DNA of 64,000 nt. Origin: Thermodesulfobacteriota bacterium. Its GTDB lineage: Bacteria > Desulfobacterota > Desulfobacteria > Desulfobacterales > SURF-7. Where the stretch lies: positions 384,001 through 448,000 of the forward strand of contig JBMORA010000009.1 in NCBI GenBank assembly GCA_049320885.1, in the 5' to 3' direction. The notes beneath the pieces are model-generated. The model searched no databases, was not told the DNA's origin, and saw nothing but the letters and a program-made list of their open reading frames with translations. This document shows positions 38,559 to 49,249 of the stretch, in pieces. Numbering within the stretch: position 1 is the first letter of the stretch; every line of letters starts with the position of its first letter. A program made the translations under genes and the position numbers.

Positions 38559-39875
38559 ATGACGCTGTCGGCACCTTCTCCCGATGAGGAATACAGTCAG
38601 AAGCTGAAAGGACTCATGTCATTTCGAGTCCTTTTCGCTTTTTTGCTGGGCGGCTCCATGTTTGTGTACCGCCTCTGGAAACCCCCTCCCGCGCCCACCA
38701 GTCTTGCCGTTCTGATGATCTATGGCTTGGCAGGTTTGATTCTGGCCCTGTCGTTTTTGTATTTTTTCCTGTTTCGCTATTTCGGCAGGAAGATTTTTTT
38801 CACTTACCTGCAGCTGGGCATGGATGCAATTCTGACCACCTTCATCATCATGGTCACCGGCAGTTTTGCAAGCGTCTTCAGTTTCATGTATCTGCTGATC
38901 ATCATCTGCTCCAGCATCCTGTTGTTTCGGAAAGGAAGCTTTATTTTAGCCAGTTTCTGCAGCGCACAATACGCGTTGCTCATCGGCATGGAATATGCCG
39001 GGTACATGACCTCCTTCGGCATGGATGAGGATCTTGCCCGATCCGGCTGGCTTTTTGTGTTGTTCAAGGTACTGGCGATCATCGCCGCCTGTTACGTCAT
39101 CGCGATTTTAAGCAGTTTTCTGGCCGAGAGGGAAAAAAGAGCCCGGGAAGAACTCATGGCCATGGAGGCTCATGTGAAACGGGTGGAGAAAACCGCCGCC
39201 ATGGGTGAAATGGCTGCCGGGCTGGCCCATGAAATCAAGAATCCTCTGGCTTCCATGACCGGTGCGATTCAATTGCTTCAGGAAGACAAGCGCCTGGAGC
39301 CTGACAAGGCCAAACTGATGAGGATCGTTCTGCGTGAGGCGGACCGGTTGAGCACTCTGGTAAGCGATTTCCTGCAGTTCGCTCGGCCGGTGGTCGGCAA
39401 ACCCACCCGCATCCGGCTGGACAATGCGTTGAACGATATCGTGGCGCTTTTTGAAAAAGATTCGCGCTGCCGGGAAAAAGTTCGATTTGTCGTCAATACG
39501 ATCCCGAACATCTGGATTCTCATGGATCCCGGACATTTACAGCAGGTGTTCTGGAATCTGTTTCTCAATGCGGTGGAGGCCGTTGATGAAAATGGCCAGG
39601 TGACCCTGAACATGATCCTGCAAAAGACCGGGCATGTCTGCATCGAAGTCGTGGACAACGGTCATGGAATGGATAAAACCACGCTGGATTCCATTTTTGA
39701 TCCGTTTTTCACCACGCGCTCCAAGGGTACGGGTCTGGGCCTTTCCATTGTCCAGCGCATTCTGGATGAATACGACAGCCGCTTGGACGTGGAAAGCAAA
39801 CCGGGGCATGGAACAAAGTTTATCTTAAAATTAAAGCAGGTTGCGTCTCCAATCGGAGATCCAACTGGTGCTTGA
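38559..39875 (+). CDS. membrane sensor histidine kinase, PilS-like (no PAS)
   Basis: Multi-TM N-terminus with VTGSFASVFSFMY; AHEIKNPL, DNGHG, PFFTT, GTGLGL; follows pilC. Confidence 0.85.
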   Translation: MTLSAPSPDEEYSQKLKGLMSFRVLFAFLLGGSMFVYRLWKPPPAPTSLAVLMIYGLAGLILALSFLYFFLFRYFGRKIFFTYLQLGMDAILTTFIIMVTGSFASVFSFMYLLIIICSSILLFRKGSFILASFCSAQYALLIGMEYAGYMTSFGMDEDLARSGWLFVLFKVLAIIAACYVIAILSSFLAEREKRAREELMAMEAHVKRVEKTAAMGEMAAGLAHEIKNPLASMTGAIQLLQEDKRLEPDKAKLMRIVLREADRLSTLVSDFLQFARPVVGKPTRIRLDNALNDIVALFEKDSRCREKVRFVVNTIPNIWILMDPGHLQQVFWNLFLNAVEAVDENGQVTLNMILQKTGHVCIEVVDNGHGMDKTTLDSIFDPFFTTRSKGTGLGLSIVQRILDEYDSRLDVESKPGHGTKFILKLKQVASPIGDPTGA

Positions 39876-40033
39876 CACCTCCCTGTAAATAAGTTAGCTA
39901 AGCCTGACCGGGCCGATTTCCCATTCTTTGCATGGGGTGGGGCGGATTTTTTCGATTTGGATGCAGCCCGCTGCCAGAGCGGCGGCGGGGTATGGATGTG
40001 AAAACCACTGGGGTGAGACCATAAATGGACGGG

Positions 40034-41518
40034 ATGGAACAAAAAGTCGATCTGATTGAAAAAAGAAGACAGAAACTGGAGGCCTTGAAGCAACAGGGGG
40101 TCACGCTTTTCCCGAATGGTTTCCAGGTGGAGCACACGGTCGGTGACATCCGGGCGGCCATTGAGGCCCAACCGGAAACCATGGCCGCCGGAAGTCCGGT
40201 TTTCCGGGTTGCGGGCAGGATCATGGCCGTCAACCTGTTCGGCAAGTCCGCCTTTATTCGTTTCAAGGACAGGACGGGCAATCTTCAGGCCTACATCCGC
40301 ACCGACAAGGTCGGCGCCGAGCGGTATGCCCTGTTCAAGCAGATGGATATTGGTGATTTCATCGGTTTGACGGGGACCGTGTTCCAGACCAAAACCGGTG
40401 AATGGACCCTGCTGGCGGATACCCTGGAGCTGCTCAGCAAGGCGGTAAGGCCCCTGCCGGAAAAATTTCATGGTTTGAAGGATCCGGAAAAACGATACCG
40501 CCAGCGCTATGTCGATCTGATCATGAATGCGGAAACCCGTGAGATTTTCATCCGTCGCAGCCGTATTATTCAAGAAATCAGGACTTTTCTGCTACAGAAG
40601 GACTTCATGGAAGTGGAAACGCCCATGATGCAGCCCATTGCCGGCGGGGCCGAAGCCACGCCGTTCAAGACCCACCACAATGCCCTGGGGATGGACTTGT
40701 ACCTCCGGATCGCACCGGAATTGTATTTGAAACGTCTGGTGGTCGGCGGGTTCGAACGGGTATTTGAAATCAATCGCAATTTTCGTAATGAAGGAATTTC
40801 CACACGCCACAACCCCGAATTCACCATGCTGGAATTTTACCAAGCCTATGCCACCTATGAGGATCTGATGAATCTGACGGAAGAGCTGTTCCGGCAGGTG
40901 GCCGTGGCGGTGACCGGTTCGCCGGTTCTGGAATATCAGGGGGAATCCATTAATTTTTCAGGGACCTGGCGGCGTATCTCCTTGGTCGGGGCGCTCCAGG
41001 AAATCGGTGGGCTCGATCCCGGGCTGATAAACGATCGGGAAGGATTGCTGGCGTTCGCCGCCCGGCACCAGGTGACCATCACCAAATCGGACCGGATCGG
41101 GAAAATCATCACCAAGCTGTTCGATAGCCTCGTGGAACCCAAGTTGATCCAGCCCACGTTCATAACGGGTTATCCGGTGGAGGTTTCCCCGTTATCGCGC
41201 AGAAGCGATCTGCATCCCGAATTGACCGAACGGTTCGAACTCTTCGTCGCCGGCAGGGAAATCGCCAATGGTTTTTCGGAATTGAATGATCCGGAGGATC
41301 AGCGGGAGCGGTTTCTGCAGCAGGTGGCGGAGCGGGAAGCCGGGAATCCGGAGGCGCACCAGATGGATCACGATTATATCGACGCCCTGGAATACGGTAT
41401 GCCGCCCACGGCAGGAGAGGGAATCGGAATCGATCGGCTGGTCATGCTGTTCACCAATGCCGCATCCATCCGCGAGGTCATCCTGTTCCCGCACATGAAA
41501 CCGGCCGGAACCGTTTAG
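40034..41518 (+). CDS. lysS: lysine-tRNA ligase (class II)
   Basis: PLPEKFHGL, YRQRY, FRNEG, YGMPPTAGEGIGIDR; start 40025 or 40034. Confidence 0.97.
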   Translation: MEQKVDLIEKRRQKLEALKQQGVTLFPNGFQVEHTVGDIRAAIEAQPETMAAGSPVFRVAGRIMAVNLFGKSAFIRFKDRTGNLQAYIRTDKVGAERYALFKQMDIGDFIGLTGTVFQTKTGEWTLLADTLELLSKAVRPLPEKFHGLKDPEKRYRQRYVDLIMNAETREIFIRRSRIIQEIRTFLLQKDFMEVETPMMQPIAGGAEATPFKTHHNALGMDLYLRIAPELYLKRLVVGGFERVFEINRNFRNEGISTRHNPEFTMLEFYQAYATYEDLMNLTEELFRQVAVAVTGSPVLEYQGESINFSGTWRRISLVGALQEIGGLDPGLINDREGLLAFAARHQVTITKSDRIGKIITKLFDSLVEPKLIQPTFITGYPVEVSPLSRRSDLHPELTERFELFVAGREIANGFSELNDPEDQRERFLQQVAEREAGNPEAHQMDHDYIDALEYGMPPTAGEGIGIDRLVMLFTNAASIREVILFPHMKPAGTV

Positions 41519-41569
41519 TGCCGTTCCATTTCGGAAATAACCGGCAGCCGATGCCGGGCAAGGGCCGTC

Positions 41570-42805
41570 ATGCGCGTTGAAATGTTCATAGGTCGTCGTT
41601 ACTTACGCAGCAAGCAGCGGCACGCCTTCATTTCCCTGATTACCCTGCTGTCCATCGCCGGGGTTATGGTCGGGGTCATGGCCCTGATCGTCGTCATCGC
41701 CGTGATGGCCGGTTTCGAGTCTGATTTAAAGACGCGAATTCTCGGCATCGAATCCCACATCGTGCTGTCCCGTCAGGATGGCGAGTTTTCCGAATATGAT
41801 TCCGTCCTGAAACGTCTGGGGCAACAAAAGGGCGTGGTTTCGGCGAATCCGTTTGTCCGCACCCAGATCATGCTCCGGTCGTCAACGGACATGACCGGGG
41901 CGGTATTGAAAGGCGTCACCGAGGAAAATCTCCGGCGCATCACCGCGCAATTCGAGGAAACTTCCCTGGAAACCATTTTCAGCAGCCGGATGCCCCGGGC
42001 GGAATCCAGACCCGTTCCGGGCCTGGTCCTCGGCAGGGAGCTGGCCCGCATCATCCGGGTGAGCAAGGGCGACACGGTTTACCTGATATCACCCCGGGGC
42101 ATGCTGACGCCCGTGGGGCATATGCCGGGCATGAAACGGTGTGTCGTGGCGGACATTTTCGAATCCGGAATGCACGAGTTCGACGGAGTCCTGGCATACA
42201 TCCGGCTGGGGGAAGCCCAGACCCTTCTGCGCATGGGCGACGCGGTTTCCGGCATTGAAATCCGGGTGGCGGATATCTATCAGGCCGGCAGCATCGGCGC
42301 GGGGCTGGCGGCCGATCTTGGAAAGGAATACAAAGTCAAGGACTGGATGCAGATGAACCGCAACCTCTTTTCGGCCCTGAAGCTCGAAAAGGTCGTGATG
42401 TTCATCATCCTGACCCTGATCATTTTTGTGGCGGCGTTCAACATCGCCAGTTCCCTGATGATGCTGGTCATGAAAAAACAAAGAGATATCGGTATTCTGA
42501 AGGCCATGGGGGCCAGCCGCGGCTTGATCCGCAGAATTTTTATCTTCAAGGGAATGACCATCGGCGCAGTGGGCACGCTGACCGGCGGCAGTCTGGGCTT
42601 CCTGCTGTGCGCGCTGCTGGCGAAATATCGATTTGTTGAACTTCCCGGCGATGTATACTATATTACCACGCTTCCGGTTCGTCTGGAAACAGTGGACGCG
42701 GTGTTGATAGCGTTTTCCGCCCTGGCCATCTGCTTCCTGGCGACATTGTATCCGGCGGATCAGGCGGCCAGAATAGACCCGGTTGAGGCGATACGATATG
42801 GTTGA
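41570..42805 (+). CDS. lolC: lipoprotein-releasing ABC transporter permease LolC/E
   Basis: FISLIT...VMAGF, NRNLFSALKLEK, AAFNI, ATLYPA. Confidence 0.9.
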   Translation: MRVEMFIGRRYLRSKQRHAFISLITLLSIAGVMVGVMALIVVIAVMAGFESDLKTRILGIESHIVLSRQDGEFSEYDSVLKRLGQQKGVVSANPFVRTQIMLRSSTDMTGAVLKGVTEENLRRITAQFEETSLETIFSSRMPRAESRPVPGLVLGRELARIIRVSKGDTVYLISPRGMLTPVGHMPGMKRCVVADIFESGMHEFDGVLAYIRLGEAQTLLRMGDAVSGIEIRVADIYQAGSIGAGLAADLGKEYKVKDWMQMNRNLFSALKLEKVVMFIILTLIIFVAAFNIASSLMMLVMKKQRDIGILKAMGASRGLIRRIFIFKGMTIGAVGTLTGGSLGFLLCALLAKYRFVELPGDVYYITTLPVRLETVDAVLIAFSALAICFLATLYPADQAARIDPVEAIRYG

Positions 42806-43541
42806 CATACAAGCTTCGTCCCCTGAAGGACATGATCGGGTTATCACCACCGGTCAGGACCATGCGGAGATCATCCTTTCCGGCTGCGGCATCAGCAAGA
42901 GCTTCAAGAGCAACGGCATGCGTCTTTCCGTGCTGAGCGATGTGAATTTCTCTTTCCGGAAAGGCGAAACCATTGCAATTGTCGGGGCCTCGGGTATCGG
43001 TAAATCGACCCTGCTGCATATCATCGGTTCATTGGACCGTCCGGATCAGGGTTCCCTGTATTTCGAGGGGCGGGATGTGTTTCAGCTGGATGATGTCGAA
43101 CTGGCACGCCACCGGAACCGGTCCATCGGATTCGTATTTCAATTCCACCATTTGTTGGCGGAATTCTCCGCCCTGGAAAACGCCATGATGCCGCTGTTGA
43201 TCGCTGGTATCGACAAACAACAGGCCAGGAAAACGGCCGAGGCGTTTCTGGTGCGGGTGGGGCTGGGAAACCGGCTTTCACACCGGGTCAATGAATTGTC
43301 CGGAGGTGAACAACAACGGGTGGCGCTGGCCCGGGCCCTTGTATTGCAGCCGGCCCTGCTGCTGGCCGATGAACCCACCGGCAATCTGGACATCCAGAAC
43401 AGCCGACAGGTCCATGCCCTGTTTTTGGAACTCAATCGGGAGTTCAATATGACCATGGTCGTGGTCACCCACAACATGGAACTTGCGTCCCTGATGTCCC
43501 GGCGGGTGACAGTCGCCAATGGGCAACTGGTGAATACGTAA
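42798..43541 (+). CDS. lolD: lipoprotein-releasing ABC transporter ATPase
   Basis: GASGIGKS, FQFHHLL, LSGGEQQR, DEPTGNLD. Confidence 0.92.
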   Translation: MVDIQASSPEGHDRVITTGQDHAEIILSGCGISKSFKSNGMRLSVLSDVNFSFRKGETIAIVGASGIGKSTLLHIIGSLDRPDQGSLYFEGRDVFQLDDVELARHRNRSIGFVFQFHHLLAEFSALENAMMPLLIAGIDKQQARKTAEAFLVRVGLGNRLSHRVNELSGGEQQRVALARALVLQPALLLADEPTGNLDIQNSRQVHALFLELNREFNMTMVVVTHNMELASLMSRRVTVANGQLVNT

Positions 43542-43631
43542 ATGGGACGTAACGACAATCATCCATGCGGACGACATGTTGAAACAGACGAACAGCCGCT
43601 TCATCGGCGGTAGTCATACGGGATTGTTGCC

Positions 43632-46337
43632 ATGCGGAAACGGAGTGCGGGGCTGATTTTTTTGTTGAGTCTGATATCGTTGGGTATTGCCGGGGCAGAA
43701 CCTCAAACCGAGGTCCTGCTGCTGCCGTTTGATATCCAGGCGGACACGGATCCGGGTTATCTGCGATCGGAAATTGACGGAATTATTTCAACTGTTCTCC
43801 AGCAAAACAGTGCCGTGATTCTGCGGGCCGGCGACTCTTCGGGGCCGCCGGCGGATTTGGGACAGGAGGAACGCCTGGCATTGGTTCGGGATTTGGGGCG
43901 ACAGGCCGGCGCGGCGTATGTTGTCTGGGGGAAAGGCGCTTTCACCGGCGGGCAATATGATTTTCAAGCAGAGGTGCTGGATATGGCCGGAACCGGTCCG
44001 GCGGCGGTTCTCAGCGAAAAAGGAACCGGCCCGGAAAACCTGCTGGCTTCGGCCCAGGCCCTTGCCAGGAATATTGCGCTGACTGTTTTCAAGCAGGAGC
44101 GGATCGCCGACCTGATCATCAGCGGCAACAACCGGATCGAGGATGACGCCATAAAAAAGCGGATCAACACCAAAGCCGGCGACCTGTTTCTGCCGCAGAA
44201 TCTGACCAATGACATGAAGCGTGTCTACGGCATGGGGTATTTCGAGGACATTCGAATCGAATATGACAACAGTCCGGGCGGGAAAATCGTTGTCTTTCAT
44301 GTGGTGGAGAAACCCACCATCCGCAAAATCGATTTTGAAGGCAACGAGGAGTATTCGGCCGAGGAACTCCAGGAGAACATCGACATTCGCACCGGATCGG
44401 TTTTCAATACGTTCAAGATCAAACAGGAAGTGAACAAGATCAAAGCCCTGTACAAGGATAAAAATTTTCACAATGCCGTCGTGAGTTACGAAGTCGAGGA
44501 ATTGGAAAACAACCAGTCGGATTTGATCATCACCATCGAGGAGGGCGAGGAAGCCAAAATCCAGAAAATCTCCTTTGAGGGAAATCATGCCTTTACGAGC
44601 GAGGAAATCCAGAATCTGAAAGCCAATGAGGGGGGAGTATGGGACTACCCGCCGTTTGAATGGTTCACCGAGTCCAGTGAATTGGGCGAGATGAACACCA
44701 CTGAGGAAGGCCTTTTTTCATTCATCACCGATTCCGGTGAGTTGAACATGGAAAAGCTGAATCAGGACACGGCCAGGATCGAGGCCTTTTATCATAACAA
44801 CGGATATATCGATGCCCGGGTGGCGGAGCCCGTCATCCGTTATAAAGGGGATGCCATCTCCATCAAATTCAAGATTGAAGAAGGGATCCTGTACCGGATC
44901 GGGAAGGTCGACCTGGAAGGGGATCTGCTCCGGTCGAAGAATCTGCTGCTCCGGCGGGTGAAGGCCAGAACCGGTTCTCCCGTGAGCCGGGATGCTCTGC
45001 GGAAGGATGTATTATCCCTTACGGATATCTATGCCAATAAAGGGTTTTTTTATGCCGATATTTATCCCCGCATCGATCGCAACCCGGAGAAAAGGACTGC
45101 GGACATCGCCTTTGTCATCAAAAAGGGCAAACCGGTTTATTTCGAAAAAATCCTGATCACCGGCAATACCAGCACCCGCGACAAGGTGATCCGCCGGGAA
45201 CTGCCGATTTATGAGCAGGAGCTGTACAACGGCGAGCGGCTGAAACGCGGCGTCCGCAACCTCCACCGGCTGGATTTTTTTGAAGATATCAAGGTGGATA
45301 CCCTGAAGGGTAGCGCCGATGATAAAATGATTCTGAAAATCGGCGTCAAGGACAAGGCCACCGGCGCCTTCAGTTTCGGCGGCGGCTACAGCAGCCTGGA
45401 AAACCTCTTTGTGACGGCTTCCATCACGGAACGGAATCTGTTCGGCCGGTCGCAAATGTTGCGCCTCAACGGCGAGGTCGGCGGCCGGACCACGCAGATC
45501 GACATGAGTTTCACGGAGCCCTGGCTGTTCGATATCCCCCTTTCCGCCAGCACGAGCATTTACAATGTGGAACGGGATTATGACACCTATGTCAAGAAGA
45601 GCAGGGGCGGCGGCCAGGGGTTCGGTTATCCGGTATTTGATTACACGCGGCTTTCCGTTGCTTACGGCTATGAACAGAACGATTACTCGGAACTTACCAC
45701 GGACGCGTCCGCGTATGTGATCGAGGGGGAATTCATCATGAGCAAGGTCACGACGATGCTGCAGTATGATTCCCGCGATTCGGCCCTCAACCCCACCGAG
45801 GGCTCGGAACATAGCTTGACGGTTACCTATGCCGGTGGACTGTTCGGCGGTGATTATGCGTTCACTCAATATATCGCCGAGACCGGCTGGTACTATCCCC
45901 TGTTCTGGGGCACCACCGGTTTTCTGCATGGCGAGGGAGGCTATGTCCGGGAAAATGGTGACGGCATATTGACGGAGGAATACCGTTTCGCCCTTGGGGG
46001 CATCAATTCCCTGCGCGGCTTCAAATGGCGGGATGTGAGTCCCAAGGATGAATACGGGATTCCCTATGGCGGCGACAAATATGTCCTGTTCAATGTCGAG
46101 TATATTTTCCCGTTGTTCAAGAAAGCCGGATTGAACGGCGTCCTTTTTGTCGACGTGGGAAATGCATTTGACGATCATGAAAGAGTTGATTTGGGTAATC
46201 TGCGTAAAAGCGCCGGCGGCGGCTTTCGTTGGAATTCCCCCCTGGGACCGATCCGCATCGAATATGGGAAGATATTGGATCCAAAAGAAGGTGAGGGCAC
46301 CGGACGCTGGGAATTCACCATGGGAACCGCTTTCTAA
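43632..46337 (+). CDS. bamA: outer membrane protein assembly factor BamA with extra N-terminal domain
   Basis: POTRA repeats, TRDKVIRRE, LRGF, SPLGP, terminal Phe. Confidence 0.95.
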   Translation: MRKRSAGLIFLLSLISLGIAGAEPQTEVLLLPFDIQADTDPGYLRSEIDGIISTVLQQNSAVILRAGDSSGPPADLGQEERLALVRDLGRQAGAAYVVWGKGAFTGGQYDFQAEVLDMAGTGPAAVLSEKGTGPENLLASAQALARNIALTVFKQERIADLIISGNNRIEDDAIKKRINTKAGDLFLPQNLTNDMKRVYGMGYFEDIRIEYDNSPGGKIVVFHVVEKPTIRKIDFEGNEEYSAEELQENIDIRTGSVFNTFKIKQEVNKIKALYKDKNFHNAVVSYEVEELENNQSDLIITIEEGEEAKIQKISFEGNHAFTSEEIQNLKANEGGVWDYPPFEWFTESSELGEMNTTEEGLFSFITDSGELNMEKLNQDTARIEAFYHNNGYIDARVAEPVIRYKGDAISIKFKIEEGILYRIGKVDLEGDLLRSKNLLLRRVKARTGSPVSRDALRKDVLSLTDIYANKGFFYADIYPRIDRNPEKRTADIAFVIKKGKPVYFEKILITGNTSTRDKVIRRELPIYEQELYNGERLKRGVRNLHRLDFFEDIKVDTLKGSADDKMILKIGVKDKATGAFSFGGGYSSLENLFVTASITERNLFGRSQMLRLNGEVGGRTTQIDMSFTEPWLFDIPLSASTSIYNVERDYDTYVKKSRGGGQGFGYPVFDYTRLSVAYGYEQNDYSELTTDASAYVIEGEFIMSKVTTMLQYDSRDSALNPTEGSEHSLTVTYAGGLFGGDYAFTQYIAETGWYYPLFWGTTGFLHGEGGYVRENGDGILTEEYRFALGGINSLRGFKWRDVSPKDEYGIPYGGDKYVLFNVEYIFPLFKKAGLNGVLFVDVGNAFDDHERVDLGNLRKSAGGGFRWNSPLGPIRIEYGKILDPKEGEGTGRWEFTMGTAF

Positions 46338-46404
46338 CCGGTCGTCGCCGGCGATATTGCAAGGGTTTTAACAAATGGAATGATTTTCAGAAAGGGGATC
46401 ACGA

Positions 46405-46935
46405 ATGAATGCATGCAAGCGGATGGTAACAATGGTGGTCATGATGGTTTTTGCTGCCGCCCCGAGCGTCATGGGCGCGGATGTGGCCAAAATCGGCGTG
46501 ATTGATTTTCAGCGGTTTCTCAGTTCGTCCAAGGCGGGCCAGGAAGCCCAGGCCAGATTCAAGGAACACGGCACCAAGATGGAAAGCGATCTGAAAAAGA
46601 AAGAAGCCGAAATCAAGGATCTGCGTGATCGCCTGGAGCGCGAGGCCATGGTGATGACCCAGGAAGTCCGGGAACAGAAGGAACGGGAATATCGCATCAA
46701 GGTCAGCGACTTCAAGGATCAGGAGAAGAAATTCCTGACCGAACTCAAAGGCCTGGAGAACGAGTTGGTCACTAAAATACGGGATGACCTTCTGGCCTTG
46801 ATTGAAGAGGTCGGCAAAAAGGAAGGATATCTGCTGATCATCGACAAGGCCGTGGCCCATTACTACCCGGCTTCCATCGATGTCACGGACCGATTGATCC
46901 AGATTTACAATGAACGGGGCGGCAAGAAAAAATAG
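46405..46935 (+). CDS. skp: periplasmic chaperone Skp/OmpH
   Basis: Signal peptide, KIGVID, coiled coil, DVT; position after bamA. Confidence 0.92.
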   Translation: MNACKRMVTMVVMMVFAAAPSVMGADVAKIGVIDFQRFLSSSKAGQEAQARFKEHGTKMESDLKKKEAEIKDLRDRLEREAMVMTQEVREQKEREYRIKVSDFKDQEKKFLTELKGLENELVTKIRDDLLALIEEVGKKEGYLLIIDKAVAHYYPASIDVTDRLIQIYNERGGKKK

Positions 46936-46959
46936 CCGGTCGTCCGGGATGGAGCAGGG

Positions 46960-48042
46960 GTGAAGTCATTTACGGTAACGGAAATAGCCGCTGTCGTAGG
47001 CGCGGACCTTCAAGGCGACGGTCGCAAGGAAATAACCGGGCCCGCGCCCTTTGAGCAGGCCGGGGGGGATCAGATCACCTTCGCGGCCCAGGCGAAATTT
47101 TTGAAACGGATTCCGTCTTGCCGGGCAGGGGCCGTGCTGGTGCCGGCGGCCTTCGCGGGATCCGAGGCCCGCTGCAACCTGCTGCGGGTGAAAAACCCGA
47201 CGGCGGCCTTTGCCCGGGTGGTTGGTCTGTTTCATCCCGGTGAAAAGCCTTCCCGGGGCATCAGCGCCGGCGCGTGTGTGGGGCGCCGGTTCCGGTGCGG
47301 AACCGATCCGTCCATCGGACATGGTGTCGTCATTTCCGATGAAGTGGTCATGGGCGACCGGGTCACGGTTCATCCCCATGTGTTTATCGGCCAGCGGGTT
47401 GTCATCGGCGATGATGTGGAGATCCATCCCAATGTGACGATTCTCGCGGACTGCCGCATCGGCAACCGGGTGATCATCCAGGCCGGAACGGTGATCGGCA
47501 GCGACGGTTTTGGATATGCGCCCGAAGGAGAGGCCTATCTCAAGATCCCGCATACGGGCATTGTCCGCATCGACGATGATGTGGAAATCGGGGCGGGAAA
47601 CACCATCGATCGCGCGACCATGGGGCAGACATGGATCAAACGGGGTGTGAAAACGGACAATCTGGTGCATATCGCTCACAACGTCACCATCGGTGAGGAC
47701 ACCCTGCTGGTGGCCCAGGTCGGCATTGCCGGCAGCACCACCATCGGCCATCACTCCGTGCTGGCCGGTCAGGTGGGGGTTTCCGGACATCTGACCATCG
47801 GCAGCCATGTGACCATCGGGCCCCAGGCCGGCGTCGCCAAGTCCATCGAGGACGGACAAATCGTCTCCGGTTCGCCGCAGATGCCTCATCGACAATGGCT
47901 GCGTGTCCAGGGAACCCTGCCGGGCCTGCCGGAATTGAAACGAAAACTGGGTGACCTGGAGAAACGCCTGGAACGGTTGACAGGAGGAATGGGTGCGGAA
48001 AGCCGGCCTTTCCGGGATGAATTGCAAGGGAAAGAAGAATGA
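46960..48042 (+). CDS. lpxD: UDP-3-O-acylglucosamine N-acyltransferase
   Basis: Hexapeptide repeats, GSDGFGY, DNLVHIAHN. Confidence 0.95.
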   Translation: MKSFTVTEIAAVVGADLQGDGRKEITGPAPFEQAGGDQITFAAQAKFLKRIPSCRAGAVLVPAAFAGSEARCNLLRVKNPTAAFARVVGLFHPGEKPSRGISAGACVGRRFRCGTDPSIGHGVVISDEVVMGDRVTVHPHVFIGQRVVIGDDVEIHPNVTILADCRIGNRVIIQAGTVIGSDGFGYAPEGEAYLKIPHTGIVRIDDDVEIGAGNTIDRATMGQTWIKRGVKTDNLVHIAHNVTIGEDTLLVAQVGIAGSTTIGHHSVLAGQVGVSGHLTIGSHVTIGPQAGVAKSIEDGQIVSGSPQMPHRQWLRVQGTLPGLPELKRKLGDLEKRLERLTGGMGAESRPFRDELQGKEE

Positions 48043-48482
48043 CAACCACATACGGAATACAGGAAATCATGGACATGTTGCCGCACCGGTACCCGTTGCT
48101 TCTGGTGGACAGGGTAATGGAACTGGACCCGGGAAAACGCATCCTTGCGATTAAAAATGTAACTATATCAGAACCTTTTTTTCAGGGCCATTTCCCCGGC
48201 CGACCGATCATGCCGGGTGTCCTGATCCTGGAGGCCATGGCCCAGGCGGGGGGGATCCTTGCCTGCGCTTCCGGATTTCAGGAAAAACAGAGCCTGATTT
48301 ATTTCATGGCCATGGATAAGGCCCGCTTCAGAAAGCCGGTTTTACCCGGGGATCAATTGGTTTCGGAAATGACGATTCTGAAAAGACGGAAAAAGGTCAT
48401 GAAGATGAGCGGCGTGGCCACTGTCAACGACCAACGGGTGGCCGAAGCCGAATTTTTAGCAGCATTGGGGGAGAGATCATGA
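48039..48482 (+). CDS. fabZ: 3-hydroxyacyl-ACP dehydratase
   Basis: [21 protein letters not shown]. Confidence 0.96.
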   Translation: MTTTYGIQEIMDMLPHRYPLLLVDRVMELDPGKRILAIKNVTISEPFFQGHFPGRPIMPGVLILEAMAQAGGILACASGFQEKQSLIYFMAMDKARFRKPVLPGDQLVSEMTILKRRKKVMKMSGVATVNDQRVAEAEFLAALGERS

Positions 48483-49249
48483 TTCATGAAACAGCTATAG
48501 TCGATAAACGGGCGGAAATCGACGCCGATGTGGAGATCGGTCCCTATTCCATTATCCAAGGGGATGTGAAAATCGGGAAAGGAACGATTATCGGTCCCCA
48601 TGTAACGGTGGAATCCCATGTCACCATCGGGCCGGGATGCAAAATATACCAATACGCCTCCATTGGAGGACCGCCCCAGGACCTGAAATACAAGGGCGAG
48701 AAGACCCTATTAACCATCGGGCAGGGAACGGTGATCCGGGAGAGCGTCACCATCAACCGGGGCACGGTGGCCGGCGGAGGCTTGACGGAAGTGGGGGAGG
48801 AAAATTATCTGATGGCCTACACCCATATCGCCCATGACTGCAAAACCGGCCGCCGGGTGATCCTGGCCAACAACGCCACCCTGGCAGGCCATATCACCAT
48901 TGGAGATTGTGCCACCGTGGGCGGCCTGGTGGCGATCCACCAATTCGTCCGGATCGGCGAATACGCGTATGTGGGTGGCAAGGCGGCGGTTGTCAAGGAC
49001 ATTCCTCCTTATGTGATTGCGGCTGGAGACCGGGCGCGTCTGCATGGATTGAACAGCGTCGGTCTGAAACGGCATGGGTTTTCCGCGGCGCGGATATCGG
49101 CTTTGAAAAAAGTCTACCGCATCTGCTTCCGGATCGGTCTGACGCTGAACGAAGCCATGGAGCGTGTCCGCGCGGAGGTCGAGCAGGAGCCGGATGTGGT
49201 TAAATTCATCGAGTTCATCCAATCATCCCACCGGGGGATCACACGTTGA
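48479..49249 (+). CDS. lpxA: UDP-N-acetylglucosamine acyltransferase
   Basis: PQDLKY, HIAHDC, LAGH, IHQF. Confidence 0.96.
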   Translation: MIHETAIVDKRAEIDADVEIGPYSIIQGDVKIGKGTIIGPHVTVESHVTIGPGCKIYQYASIGGPPQDLKYKGEKTLLTIGQGTVIRESVTINRGTVAGGGLTEVGEENYLMAYTHIAHDCKTGRRVILANNATLAGHITIGDCATVGGLVAIHQFVRIGEYAYVGGKAAVVKDIPPYVIAAGDRARLHGLNSVGLKRHGFSAARISALKKVYRICFRIGLTLNEAMERVRAEVEQEPDVVKFIEFIQSSHRGITR

